A stretch of 62,777 nucleotides of DNA, counting the filler, from Choristocarpus tenellus KU-1152 (taxonomy: Eukaryota > Protista > Phaeophyceae): assembly GCA_964200185.2 (NCBI GenBank). It is 7 parts of 7 records of this genome, joined end to end, with 100 filler letters (N's around TTAATTAATTAA, not from the genome) between each part and the next. Parts side by side here need not be neighbours in the genome. Positions count along the whole stretch, not along the records: positions 46,548 to 53,799 come from CAXNAD020006459.1; positions 53,900 to 57,765 come from CAXNAD020017497.1; positions 57,866 to 62,777 come from CAXNAD020012559.1; 4 more parts are not named here. One strand, written 5' to 3'. This document shows positions 46,897 to 57,938 of the stretch, one piece after another. Under the pieces are notes generated by a model. It ran no database searches, was not told the origin of the DNA, and was given only the letters and a program-made list of their open reading frames with translations. The position numbers and the translations under genes were made by a program. Numbering within the stretch: position 1 is the first letter of the stretch; each line of letters begins with the position of its first letter.

Positions 46897-49217
46897 TACC
46901 CAAGGTGCGCATCCCTGAGGTCCATGTGTCCCTGGAGGGGGGCATTGACAGAAGGGTGGTTTACTTTGGAGTTGTGTGCCAGCAGCAAGGAGGGGAAATC
47001 ATGGTTCAACGTCGGTTCTCTGACTTTGATCAACTTGATTGCTTGGTGAGGGGTGCATGGCATCGACAGAGTACGATAAAATAGTCTTGTGTGACTGTTG
47101 GTGTTGTCGGAAGTGGGGGGGCGGAGGAGGGGGGTTTGCGCAAGATGATGCAGAGGGGTAAAGGGTTTGTACGTTTTTGCGTTTGTTTGAAGCACTAATC
47201 CTGTTATTGGGGCTATGGCCACCAATTGTAGTTTCTGCTTGACCTGTTCTATGTTTCCTACGGCTACTGTACTGGAACAGGATGGTTACGAATGAAACCG
47301 ATGTAATTGCCTATTGTGATAGTTACATTAGCAGTGTTTTGAACTGTATATGATAGTGGTCTTGAGTCAAAGGGAGTGAGGTTTTGTGTAATGCTTAGAA
47401 GTAAATATGTTCACAGGGTAGGGGGTTACGTCTAGTCGTGCTCATGCGTTTGACAATGCTGGTACTGGGAGTGCTCCAAGTGAGAGTTGGGTTTTTTTGT
47501 GGTGATTGTGGTCTTAGTTTGGTTTGTTCCTGTGTGTGTGCCCGCCCCCATGTATGTACGTTAGAGCAAAGTTGTATACCTATTGAGGTACTAACTTGAT
47601 TCTTGCCGTGTTGAGAGTTTGTGTATGTGATGAAGCACGATCTATACTAGGAGTAGTTCCTTGCTCTGCGCTTGTCCTTCCCTTGATGGCATTGGATGAA
47701 GCTATCGTTGTTGTTGCGGGCAGGGGGTGTTCAGCAGGAAGGGACAAAGGAAGGCATGTCTATGGCGTGTCACATCTGCAACGACACAAAGGTTGCCTTT
47801 TTTTTTGTTGGTAACACGCCTTGGATACCATAGGAACTGTACTGGTGGGCAAAGCAAGAATTGTCGGAGGAAGCGTATTTAATATCTCGCGTCCGGGTGG
47901 TGGGAATGAAATTCGTTTTTTATTTCTTCCTATTTTGTGGTGGTAGGGTTAGGGACAGTGCTGCTAGTATCATACCGCCTTTTTTGCACCCATAGAAACC
48001 CTGCCGGGTGAAGTTGTTGTGCAGGTCAGGGTCTTTAGTGGATTGTGTGTACTGTTTGTTGCCTGATGCCCTGTTTTGATAAATTTCAGGGAGGCGGTGT
48101 AGATGGGGGTTTGGTTGTCCTCGTTGAAAGTTTTTTGGGAACTAGATTGGTGCCGGCATCCCATTTCCATGCCAAACATGATCTGCATGGGCCCTGGGGA
48201 GCGTGTGGTTGCTTCCACCGCTTCTCTCCATTTTGTCAGCGGGGTAGTGTTAGAGTTAGGGTGACGTTTTGGGATCATTGCCTTTTGCCTGCTTTTTGAG
48301 AGAACACAGCTCTTGTTCCTTGCTGATTAGGGTTGATTTCTGTGTTCGTAATACGTTGGAGACGGCTTCACCATGTCTTGTGCAATCTTCCTTCGGCCTG
48401 TAAGATCGATCTCCCCCCCCTCCCCCTCCCGCTTCTCCCCCTTACTTCTTCCTGAGTCAATGCCTTGATTTTTTGTTTTTTAGAAAAATTCTGTGCTGCG
48501 TGCGTGTTGTTTGGGATGATGATGGTGATTTGGGATTCACAGCACTCTGGCCATTTTTTGTGTTTGTGTTTGTGTTTGTGTTTGTTTCTTTTTTTGATGT
48601 TTGTGGACATTCTATCTACTTCTTCCCGCTCTTTTTTATTCTTGGTTTATCTCTGTTGCTACCTCATAATACTAGTACACTGCTCTATTTTCAGGAGAAC
48701 ATGGTACCATGCAGGCATTTTGTAAGGTTAGGGTTGGTTGCTTTTTTTGTGTGCTGTGCTCTCACCCCCCTCTACCCGCTTTTGCTGCGGTCAAGTCTTC
48801 TCTCTTCTCTCTCTTTGTTGTGTTGACAAACAAAACTAACTAGATACGAAATGGCGTTTATTCTGTTCCATATTTTTATTTTTTGTGTGTTCCATACATT
48901 TTTGCCATTCCTGCCACACACAATCTGCCTGCCTCCATCCATCCACGTACCAGATTCACAGCGCCTTCAAGGGGCACCACCTTCAACCTTGCCTGCCACC
49001 CCTCCCCTCCAAGAGCTACAAGCTGCTGACGGATCACTTTTCGAAGGATTTTGTTGAAGAAAGGCGTTTGCAGCTGGAGGTGAGAATGAAAAAATACGGT
49101 AGGTGCGTGAATGTCTCCTTGATTTCGTCTCCACCTCTTGCACCCCTTTTCCTGTTGATATTTCCGTCTCTTTCCATCAGCTTTCGTATTTGATGTGCTC
49201 ATTGCTTGGTACCCATC

Positions 49218-49258
<41 letters not shown>

Positions 49259-50198
49259 GACGTTTAGATTTGAGGGATCTGGACAGTTATTGTGAGGTGT
49301 CGATATCCTTGAAAATTTTATTACTTCTTTGATGGAACCCTCCCCCCCCCCCCCGAAAAATATTTTTTCCTTATTTCTCACCGTTTTCGCAAAGAATTTT
49401 CTCCCTTATCCTCTCAATCCGATTTGGGGTTTGTGCTGCCGTCTTAGCTGTCTTAGCTGTCTGGCACTCGCCAGTAACGTGCTTGCTTGGTCCTGCCTGT
49501 GGAGGAGTCATGGTGTGTGAAGAGCACAAAGTGGAATGATAAGACACTCTTTAGCAAACTGCAGTACCAGACACAGTACCAGACACAATGATGTGCATTC
49601 AATCGCAAAAGAGTAGGTAAAGAATCACATCTAGTTTTTTTTAAACTATTTAGGCGTTTTTTGTTTTGTCTCAACATGTAATCCTTTTTTCTTTTCTTTT
49701 TTTTTTTTGGGGGGGGGGGTTGCATGGAAGTACACCAGGGTACAGTAGGCGTTTTCAGTAGAAGAATGTGCAATCGGTGCATTGCTTCCCCCTTTTCTCC
49801 ATACAGCAATGACGAGTCTTCCAATATTTGCTGAATGCTGTCTCAATTTTTTTTAAAGCTTAACGCTGTGACTGTATCACCAGTAGGGTCTAGTATGGTT
49901 TAAATAAAATGCAATCTTGTTCGTTTAAAATTGCGCCTGAAGAGACCATTCCCGTCTAATTTTTGGGGGGGGGAACGTTGCTGCTTCTGTGCATGAAAAT
50001 TTTGTCTGGGCTGCGATCTTGATTTTTTTTTAATTAATTCTTGTGACAGTACCTCACAAAACGAGAACATTTGTGCTATTTTTTTTTTCTTTCATGGGCT
50101 CCTTCACTCTACAGGTTTACCTGAGGAAACTGGTGGGGGTGCCCCACATCATTGAAAATCCAGATTTTTTGGAATTTGTAGGGGTGCCGGTGACATAG
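46897..50198 (+). CDS. PX (Phox-homology) domain protein, 5'-partial, exons 46897-47045, 48954-49079, 50115-50198
   Basis: Spliced: ...VVYFGVVCQQQGGEIMVQRRFSDFDQLDCL|IHSAFKGHHLQPCLPPLPSK...FVEERRLQLE|VYLRKLVGVPHIIENPDFLEFVG*. This has the PX signatures RR(Y/F)SDF, LPxLPxK and EERRxxLExYL. Confidence 0.85.
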
Positions 50199-51163
50199 AT
50201 ATGCTTACTGTAGTGAATATTTGGTATAGCAGTTCTGGAGTGTTGTGGGGAGAGGGGAGGGCTGTGCAGTGAATTCATCTGATTGGCTTGGTGTGACATA
50301 CAGGTCCTTCTATTTATTTTGGTGGGAGGGTTTTGTACGATGCCTTCCACTCCTTAGCCTCTTTGTTTATTTATTTTATGTGTTAGGGTTAGGGTTAGGG
50401 TTTGTTTGACATTTTGTGTATATTCTCTTTATGTGGCTCTGTGGTGGGGGTGACTGAACTGAAAGATGTTTTTTTTTTTGTCTGGATGGATGGATGGATG
50501 GATGGATACTTTCGCATACATACACTCTTCAGAGTATGTGCGTGTTGGATGCCATGAACTGTATTTCACTCTCAATATGCCCGAGGGATGCTCGACAGGT
50601 GTCTCTTGTGTAGGTGTATGCGTGAATACTGTTGCTGTAACAATAGCATGCATATGATCATCTAAGAATTTCGATTTTGTCTCTATTTTGGTTTGAACGT
50701 TACACCTTGCCCTGGAGACTTTTTTTATTTTATGTAAGTAGGAATGAAAGAGGTAGCGCTGTGCCATACCCTTGCTTTCCACTGGTCACTTGTAGTGGAC
50801 AAGGCTTTATTTATTTGTTTATTTTTGCTTGTTGTGCCAGAAAGGGGTCATTGTTGAGTGTGGACGTTCTTATCAGTTGTTGATAAGAGAAGGTTGAGAA
50901 GTAAGATGGACTTCGAGGAGGTTCTTGTCTTGTAACAGCAAGCCTTGCAAATGGAGTCTCTTACATCTAATAGACCCTACCTGGTTTTGTGTAGGGGAAC
51001 TCTCATAAGTTGATGCTTGGGACATGCTTGACTGTTTGCCGTGCATTTGAAATATGAAACACCTGAATGTGAAACCCCTGAAATGTTTGTGTGTGTGTGT
51101 ATGTATGTTTTTTTAGGAAGATGGGGTTATGAAGGAACACAGTATGATGGCAAGCAGTTTATG

Positions 51164-51628
51164 ACTAGATACTACTGTTTAATAATTGTCTAAAGTATTT
51201 GCATGAAAGATTAAAGTATACAAGTTTTTGTGGACTATTGTGGGAGTGTCAACATACTAGACACTACTGTTTAATAATTGTCTAAAGTATTTGCATGAAA
51301 GGTTAAAGTGTACAAGTTTTTGTGGACTATTGTGGGAAGGTCAACATACTAGACACTACTGTTTAATAATTTTCTATAAAGTATTTGCATGAAAGAGTAA
51401 AGTGTACAAGATTTTGTGGACTATTGTGGGAAGGTCAACATACTAGACACTACTGTTTAATAATTTTCTATAAAGTATTTGCATGAAAGAGTAAAGTGTA
51501 CAAGTTTTTGTGGACTATTGTGGGAAGGTCAACATACTAGACACTACTGTTTAATACTTGCCTAAAGTATTTGCACGAAAGATTGAAGTATACCAAGTTT
51601 TTGTGGACTATTGTGGGAGGGTCAACAT
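51164..51628. repeat. Tandem repeat, 92-94 bp x 5
   Basis: Units start at 51164, 51256, 51348, 51442 and 51536 (ACTAGACACTACTGTTTAATA...GTGGACTATTGTGGGA..GTCAACAT). Confidence 0.95.
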
Positions 51629-53626
51629 GAAATTATGGTTGATCTTCTCGACATGTAGAGGGCAAGTGAATATCCCCGTGATATTGTCAATGAAATATTG
51701 AAAGGGGGCAATATAAAGTGTAATGCTGGAGAGGTTCAAAGGTGTAACTGTTTCATTGCACAAGTCCATCTTTAAACATTCCATTGTAGCCCCATTTAGT
51801 CTTCCTCCGTCCTCTTTTCTTGATTTCTTTGAAGTGAATAGCATCGATATTCATAACTATTTTATTGGGATTTGCTTTTTAGAAGTACTTGCTTGATAGG
51901 GATGATAGTCTTTTTCAAGATGTGTAACTGATGAAGGAGGCTTCCATGTGCTATGAACTTTGTACGGGGGGGTGGAGGGGCTTTCCACAATCTAGGGATA
52001 CGATGATTGATACCTATGTAGGTGGAGGTAGGATCGAAACTCCAGGTTCATTTCCCTCCCTTGAGGGACTTTTCGTATGACAAGAGGTTTGTTTTTAGTA
52101 TGTCTTGATCAGTTAGTATCAGGCACTCTGGGAGTGTATTGCGGCTGTAGCTGCTCCCCCATTAACCCATTCTTGTCTACTCGATCAAGGAAATTCTACA
52201 GAAAAGCGGAGTAGTTGTGATATATTCACAAAGATACGACCTGTAAAGTTCTCAATTTCTGTCCGTCCCTTTTGTCTAGAGTCAACACGCGCAACATGGC
52301 CGCGAGTTTTCTTCCTGCACACTTCAACTACCTGGTCACTCAACCTTAACACCCCTTCCAATCACATGAGCTGGCAACACCCTGCGCGGGGAGTACCTCC
52401 GTTTGAGGCAGTGTGTGTGTGGTATGAAAACCACATCTTGTGTCACATGGATAAATTGGACCTCCACGTATACATACCGCCCAATAGGAGGGGGATACTC
52501 CAACCCTTTTTTTTCTTTTGCCCTTCACAACTACTCCAGAGTAGTAGATAGTGCTATGGAGGCTGCCCGACCTGTGAGGTAGACAATTGATGGTGCTCAG
52601 GGAGTCTTCTTGGAGTCCTTCAAGCAGAAGAGGAAAACTTGGAAGTTTGCTTGTTCTCCTATCCCCAAGGTGTAGTACGAAAAGGACAACCAATGGTAAC
52701 CGGACCGTGCTCTGTGTTTGTGAAGCTCAAGGCTGGTAGGGCGCTCCATCAATTACTGTAGCCTTGCAACCATCTGTGATACTATGATATTGTCTGCCCG
52801 ACTCTAGAATGTCTCACTGCTGTCAGTCCTGACACAATCTACATGCAACTGAGAGAGACAGTGATTTGGTTGGGTCTTCTCACCATGATGTGGATATCTA
52901 TGAGTATATCCAACCCCAACTTCCAATCGTCCAGCTCAATAACATACAATCCCTCTGCCACCTTGACACTTGTTCACTATGTCCCTAAATACTGCATCTG
53001 ATCATGGTGAGCATTGTTCTGTCATTTTGTGGGTCTTATCCAGAAGGGATGAGGTGGTGAAGGGGCGATGCATGAAAGAAATTAAAATATGGTAGCTGTC
53101 TTGTCCCTTCTCTCGCCAGCTACTATCATGCAGTGGGCTTATCCTCTTGAGCGAGAGCCTCCCACCTGTCCCACGAGCACGCACACACACATAACAACCA
53201 CATGTACACTTGGGATCAACCATTGGGGTGCGCCAATAAATATATTGTTCTGTACAATGGGAGTGGGATATTCGCGGACTGAGTCTGCTATGTGACTCCA
53301 AGTTGCTTGGAAACAGATATGCTTTGAAGTAAGTAACCTGCCGAATCAATGTACTACTATTAATACTATTGCATAACCTGTCCACTGATTGCACAGCAGT
53401 ATTTTGTTATATGGAGAACATGAGTCGCATGTCTAGAGTTCTCCCCCCCTCCCTCCTTGCATTTGATTATATGTAGAGCACAATTATGCTATCAATGCAG
53501 GCAGGTGTGAGCGATATCTTCATGGGGGCAATGGACAACATATATTCAGTGTAATTCTACTACTGGAGACTTCATATTGGCTATCAGCACAGCACCACAG
53601 GACACTGAATACCACCATCAAGTGGA

Positions 53627-53797
53627 GACCCAAAGTATGTGGGGGGGGGGAAGGTCTACACCAGAGTGTCCATTTGGATCAAAACCAGGAGAAGTGCACT
53701 TTCATTATCCATCCAAAGTAAGGAACCAAATCACCCAAAAATCGCGACATGAAAAAATTGGCCCCAAATGGACAGCTGCCACCCCCCCAGATACGTT
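53627..53797. mobile_element. MITE family B copy, cut by the scaffold end
   Basis: GACCCAAAGTATGTGGGG...CCAGGAGAAGTGCACTT...CCCCCCAGATAC is colinear with 35370-35550. Confidence 0.8.
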
Positions 53798-53899
53798 AAN
53801 NNNNNNNNNNNNNNNNNNNNNNNNNNNNNNNNNNNNNNNNNNNTTAATTAATTAANNNNNNNNNNNNNNNNNNNNNNNNNNNNNNNNNNNNNNNNNNNN

Positions 53900-53940
53900 A
53901 TATGGACAGCCGCCACCCCCCCCCCCAGATACTTTGAGCC
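53900..53940. mobile_element. MITE family B right terminus at a scaffold start
   Basis: TGGACAGCCGCCACCCC...CCAGATACTTTGAGCC. Confidence 0.75.
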
Positions 53941-53984
53941 TAGTATCAAACATTTTGGATGGATGAAAGCTGAAGAGACTGGTA

Positions 53985-54745
53985 GGACAAGGTCCAGTTT
54001 TTGAGTTCAAGTCACCCCACTGGAGGGTATGGGTGAAGGATGGAGGTAAGGAGGAATTCGGCAGGAGAGAGATGAGTGCCTCCTCCAGAAAACCTTTCCA
54101 GCAGGTAACAACTGTATGCCTGAGGGACAAGGTGAGATTTAGCTAGTACATGCTAAGACAAGAGATTAAAGTATTGAAAATCATAAGTAACTGAAAAGAA
54201 TATGAGACAGCAGAAGTTAAAATGAAGCTGCCCACAATAGAGCACACAGAATTATACATTGGTTGTATAGGTTGAAGTTCTTAGAAAATATAAACACTGA
54301 ACTCACTGGGTTTTTTTCCTCTTTTTCTATTTTGTAACAACTCTCTGGGATCTTGAATCCTTATGTTTTTCTAATGTTATTTATTTATAGTTCTCATCCC
54401 ATCACCCCCTGATTTTGAATTTCATTTTCTTTTCATAGTTGTTAACCTCCTTATTTACTGACTTATTTTTTTCTTCCCTTTTAATTTTTTGTGCTTTTAT
54501 TTTATTTTATTTACTATTCAGTTTCCACTTTGTTACCCTCATCATCCACACATTTTTTTATAATTTGTTTTCTATTTATTGCTCATTTTTTCTTTCTCTC
54601 TTCTCTTTATTTATTATTAGTACTGTTTGTTGCTCTCATTGACCCTTCTTTTTTATTATTTTTTATTTTTTTCATTGCCTGTTTTGCACACTAGCAGCCT
54701 TGAGTATGCTTTGTGCATGGGGGGCATAGGACAGGTAATAATCAG
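53985..54745 (+). mobile_element. LTR-retrotransposon 3' relic 1 (Tudor-like coding remnant, pyrimidine-rich spacer, PPT-like GGGGGGCA)
   Basis: Translates as VFEFKSPHWRVWVKDGGKEEFGRREMS. 54677-54741 is homologous to 55761-55826. Confidence 0.5.
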
Positions 54746-55008
54746 ATGCTGTGTAGGCCATGAGTAATGTAAGTGGCAATTATGCATGCCATCGCAGCAT
54801 GATCTAAGGTGATGGTATATTTATTATCCAGATAAAGATTATTGCCTGTGGAAAGCATGGAACAGGTAGTCCCTGCATGCAACATAGGATAGCAAACGTT
54901 GGCACCATGAAGTGACTTACATCAGAACAGATAGCAATTTATGTAATATGTTTTGCTTTTTTTGTATATATATATCACCTCACACTGTCCCCTTGCTCTC
55001 TCTGTGCG

Positions 55009-55830
55009 TTGGTAGATTCAGAACTAGAGTGTCCTCCTCACTCACATAATGAACCAAGTCTAGATGTAGCACAAATGTTACTTCAGAGAACAATTGATGC
55101 CGCACTCTCGGGAATACTGTCAGCTCTGCAAGATTGCCACATGGGACCTGATAATGGAGACTTAGGCGTTAGAGTTTGGTTACCATTCAGTAGTTCCCAG
55201 GATCAAAGTATGCCAGTGTGTAAATCCCCTTCCTCTGGTTAGATGACCCCAGATAAAACACCTAAGGTAGACCCGACGCACACCCCACAGCAACTCCTTC
55301 CCCCGCTTAACGCCTCTGACACTTTTGGTTGGAAACCTTTAGACTCTACCCTCGAAGACAGGGTAAAAGGAAAAGCAGGAGAAGAGAAGCCACTACAGTT
55401 AGATGTCTCCCATGCCCTATGGGACCTCTATAATCTAGACATGAGCCCACGCCCTACTGACACCTCCCACCTAAGAAAATCCTTGTCTAGAGAGGATACA
55501 TTACGCCTTTTCCCAACAGGTACTACTGTCAAGAAGTCATGGAAAGACAAGAAGGGAAAAGGATAAGTGGTACATAGGTACAGGTTTTGACTTCAAGTCA
55601 CCCTACTGGAGGGTACGGTTTAATGATGGGGATTGGGAAGAAATTAACAAAAGTGAAATGAGTCGTTTCTCCCGAAAATAATCCACCAGATAACCACTAC
55701 GCATCCAGAAGGCAAAGTACGTGAGGACTAACCGATTTATAGGCTGACGTTGATGTTATGACCTGTTTTACACACTAGCAGCCGTCAGTATGCTTCGTGC
55801 TGGGGGGCATGATACAGGCAATAATTGGAT
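55009..55830 (+). mobile_element. LTR-retrotransposon 3' relic 2 (disrupted ORF ending in a Tudor-like domain, then PPT and TG start)
   Basis: ...PLQLDVSHALWDLY...LFPTGTTVKKSW / frameshift / KWYIGTGFDFKSPYWRVRFNDGDWEEINKSEMSRFSRK* (stop at 55681), then TGGGGGGCA|TGATACAGGC at about 55801-55819. Confidence 0.55.
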
Positions 55831-56776
55831 GATACTTGGCACTCTAGGAAAGCTGTACCTTAGAGAGAATGAATACATCCTCAGAATTAGGCTAGACGCA
55901 GACAGATTTCTCCAAGTAGGATAAGGATACATGTTTAGGCCTAGTAGAAGTTTGGCATATTTTTTCTGCTCTTCCTTCTCCCTGCTACAGGATGATTTGA
56001 GGCGATTAATGATGTCTATTGTCTTCACCATTAACAATCACTTATAGTAAACGTCGTTATATAGGATACATTCTTCTTTTGCTTTATTTTTGGATTCTCT
56101 TATTTTCTTCATTTTGTTATCCTGAAGTCCGAGCCCAAAAGAACAGGCATATTTAGATTAGGCAGACATATTTTAAATAAGAGTACATCCGACAACCTTG
56201 TGGATGGACTCTTTTTTAAAGAATTGTGGAGATGAATAATTTATGATTAAGGTGATCGGAACTGGGGTCCCATTCATTTTAGACCATGTCAGAGATGTAT
56301 ACTTTGCAATTTTTGAAGATGTTTTAGAAAGAGCAATTCAAAACTCAGACTAGCCGAGATGCAAATTATATTCTGTGCCTCTTGGGATAAATTATTCCAA
56401 GAAAAACATGGATATGTGTTGGTTGATTCTGGACCTAGTTGAAGTTATATATTTTGAAAAAATATATATACTCTAATTAGCTCAGACATCTATCTATTGA
56501 TTATGACTGTATCTGAAGACTTTTGAGGAAATATTCTCGAGAAGAAACTGGGAGATATGTCAATCATTGGTTGGAACTATCTGGAATTTGGAACCGAGGT
56601 CCCTGGGTTGGAAGCAACTGACAAGTTTGGAACTGGAGCCCCTCCCTATGTTTCTTGATGGCAACTCGTGCTGCTACAGCATGATCTGAGGTGACAGGTA
56701 ATATCTATTGTCTTAACCGGTGACAATCGCCTGTAGTAAGCGTGAAACATATATACCTAGTTCACGCTGGGGGGCA

Positions 56777-57221
56777 TGTTACAGGCGAATAGCGCGAGTA
56801 TTTCTTCCTGCACTTTAACTGGCGCTAGCAGTATACACGCGTGGGGAACCCCAAAAGGGGGAACTCCGATTTGCCAAAACGCTGCAGAATAAACTGCAAC
56901 TCGGGTAGTTGCAGAGGGTCATGAATGAATGGTCGGAAAGGGTTCTGAGATGCATGCAAGTATTTACGAACCCGAAACCCCCCCCAAAACGCAAATGATG
57001 ATTAGAGTTCCTAAAAACGGCTCAAAACGGCTCAGCTATTCTGACCTAACAGAGAGAACCACATAACGCACTCTTAAACTGATGCTAAACTTTATATACA
57101 TTATATATTAATTGATTCAATTAAGAGTATCCCTGTTCTGCTCAGCTGACGTTCGATAATCTGGGAATTAGACTTGACTTGTACATCCTGGAAAGGTGAG
57201 CATCGAGGGGCGCCTGTAACA
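56777..57221 (+). mobile_element. Putative LTR (445 bp, TG...CA, 11-bp terminal inverted repeat) preceded by a PPT
   Basis: GGGGGGCA|TGTTACAGGCG ... CGCCTGTAACA, with an internal TATA-like TTTATATA at about 57091. A second copy of its left end is at 57866-57938. Confidence 0.6.
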
Positions 57222-57865
57222 GGTACCCCATAAAGATAACATTGTCTGCCCCACGGAATACAATACCAATTCTTATGCATCGTCATCATCGCAGACCTGC
57301 AGATGGAATGGAAGACCATTGTGTCATTTAAATGGAGGGCGAGAAATTTGTGTGAAGAAAGAATGGTTCTTGGTATAGAGAAAAGAGTCCCTACACATGA
57401 AGGAGTAGTAATAACGATCAGTGCGTACGACAGACTGATGAAAAAAAGGTGTAGTCTCCCTGCAGCTGTATTAGGTTTCGTGTGAGGTGTGAAAGATCGT
57501 GACTTGGAACATGTGGACCTTAGCAATTCATATTTGCTCATACTTGCTACGATGTCTAAATCGTAGATGCCAGTCAAGGTACTCAAGACTGAATCAAGAT
57601 CTGCAAGCTCCTGATTCAAAGGATCTGCTACAGAGGGGGGCGTATTGTGTTCTAGAATAAGGCTTTCTATTGGATTCTGCACGGCGGGAATTGTTGAAAC
57701 CTGAATCGAATGCATCGTACATGTAAGCAAAATGCGTAGACTACTAGCGATGAGGAATCATGGTGNNNNNNNNNNNNNNNNNNNNNNNNNNNNNNNNNNN
57801 NNNNNNNNNTTAATTAATTAANNNNNNNNNNNNNNNNNNNNNNNNNNNNNNNNNNNNNNNNNNNN

Positions 57866-57938
57866 GTTCCCCACGCGCGTATACTGCTCGCGCCAGTCAA
57901 AGCGCGGGAAGAAATACTCGCGCTACTCGCCTGTAACA
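57866..57938 (-). mobile_element. Left end of the same putative LTR family on the next scaffold
   Basis: Its reverse complement TGTTACAGGCGAGTAGCGCGAGTATTTCTTCC...GTGGGGAAC matches 56777-56849, with an unrelated flank before the TG. Confidence 0.7.

Noticed and set aside
52250-53350. Coding-like stretch with short ORFs
   Set aside because: Possibly decayed transposon sequence, but no motif or consistent exon chain could be identified.
57101-57730. 209-aa minus-strand ORF
   Set aside because: It runs across the putative LTR boundary and has no recognisable domain, so I cannot support it as a gene.
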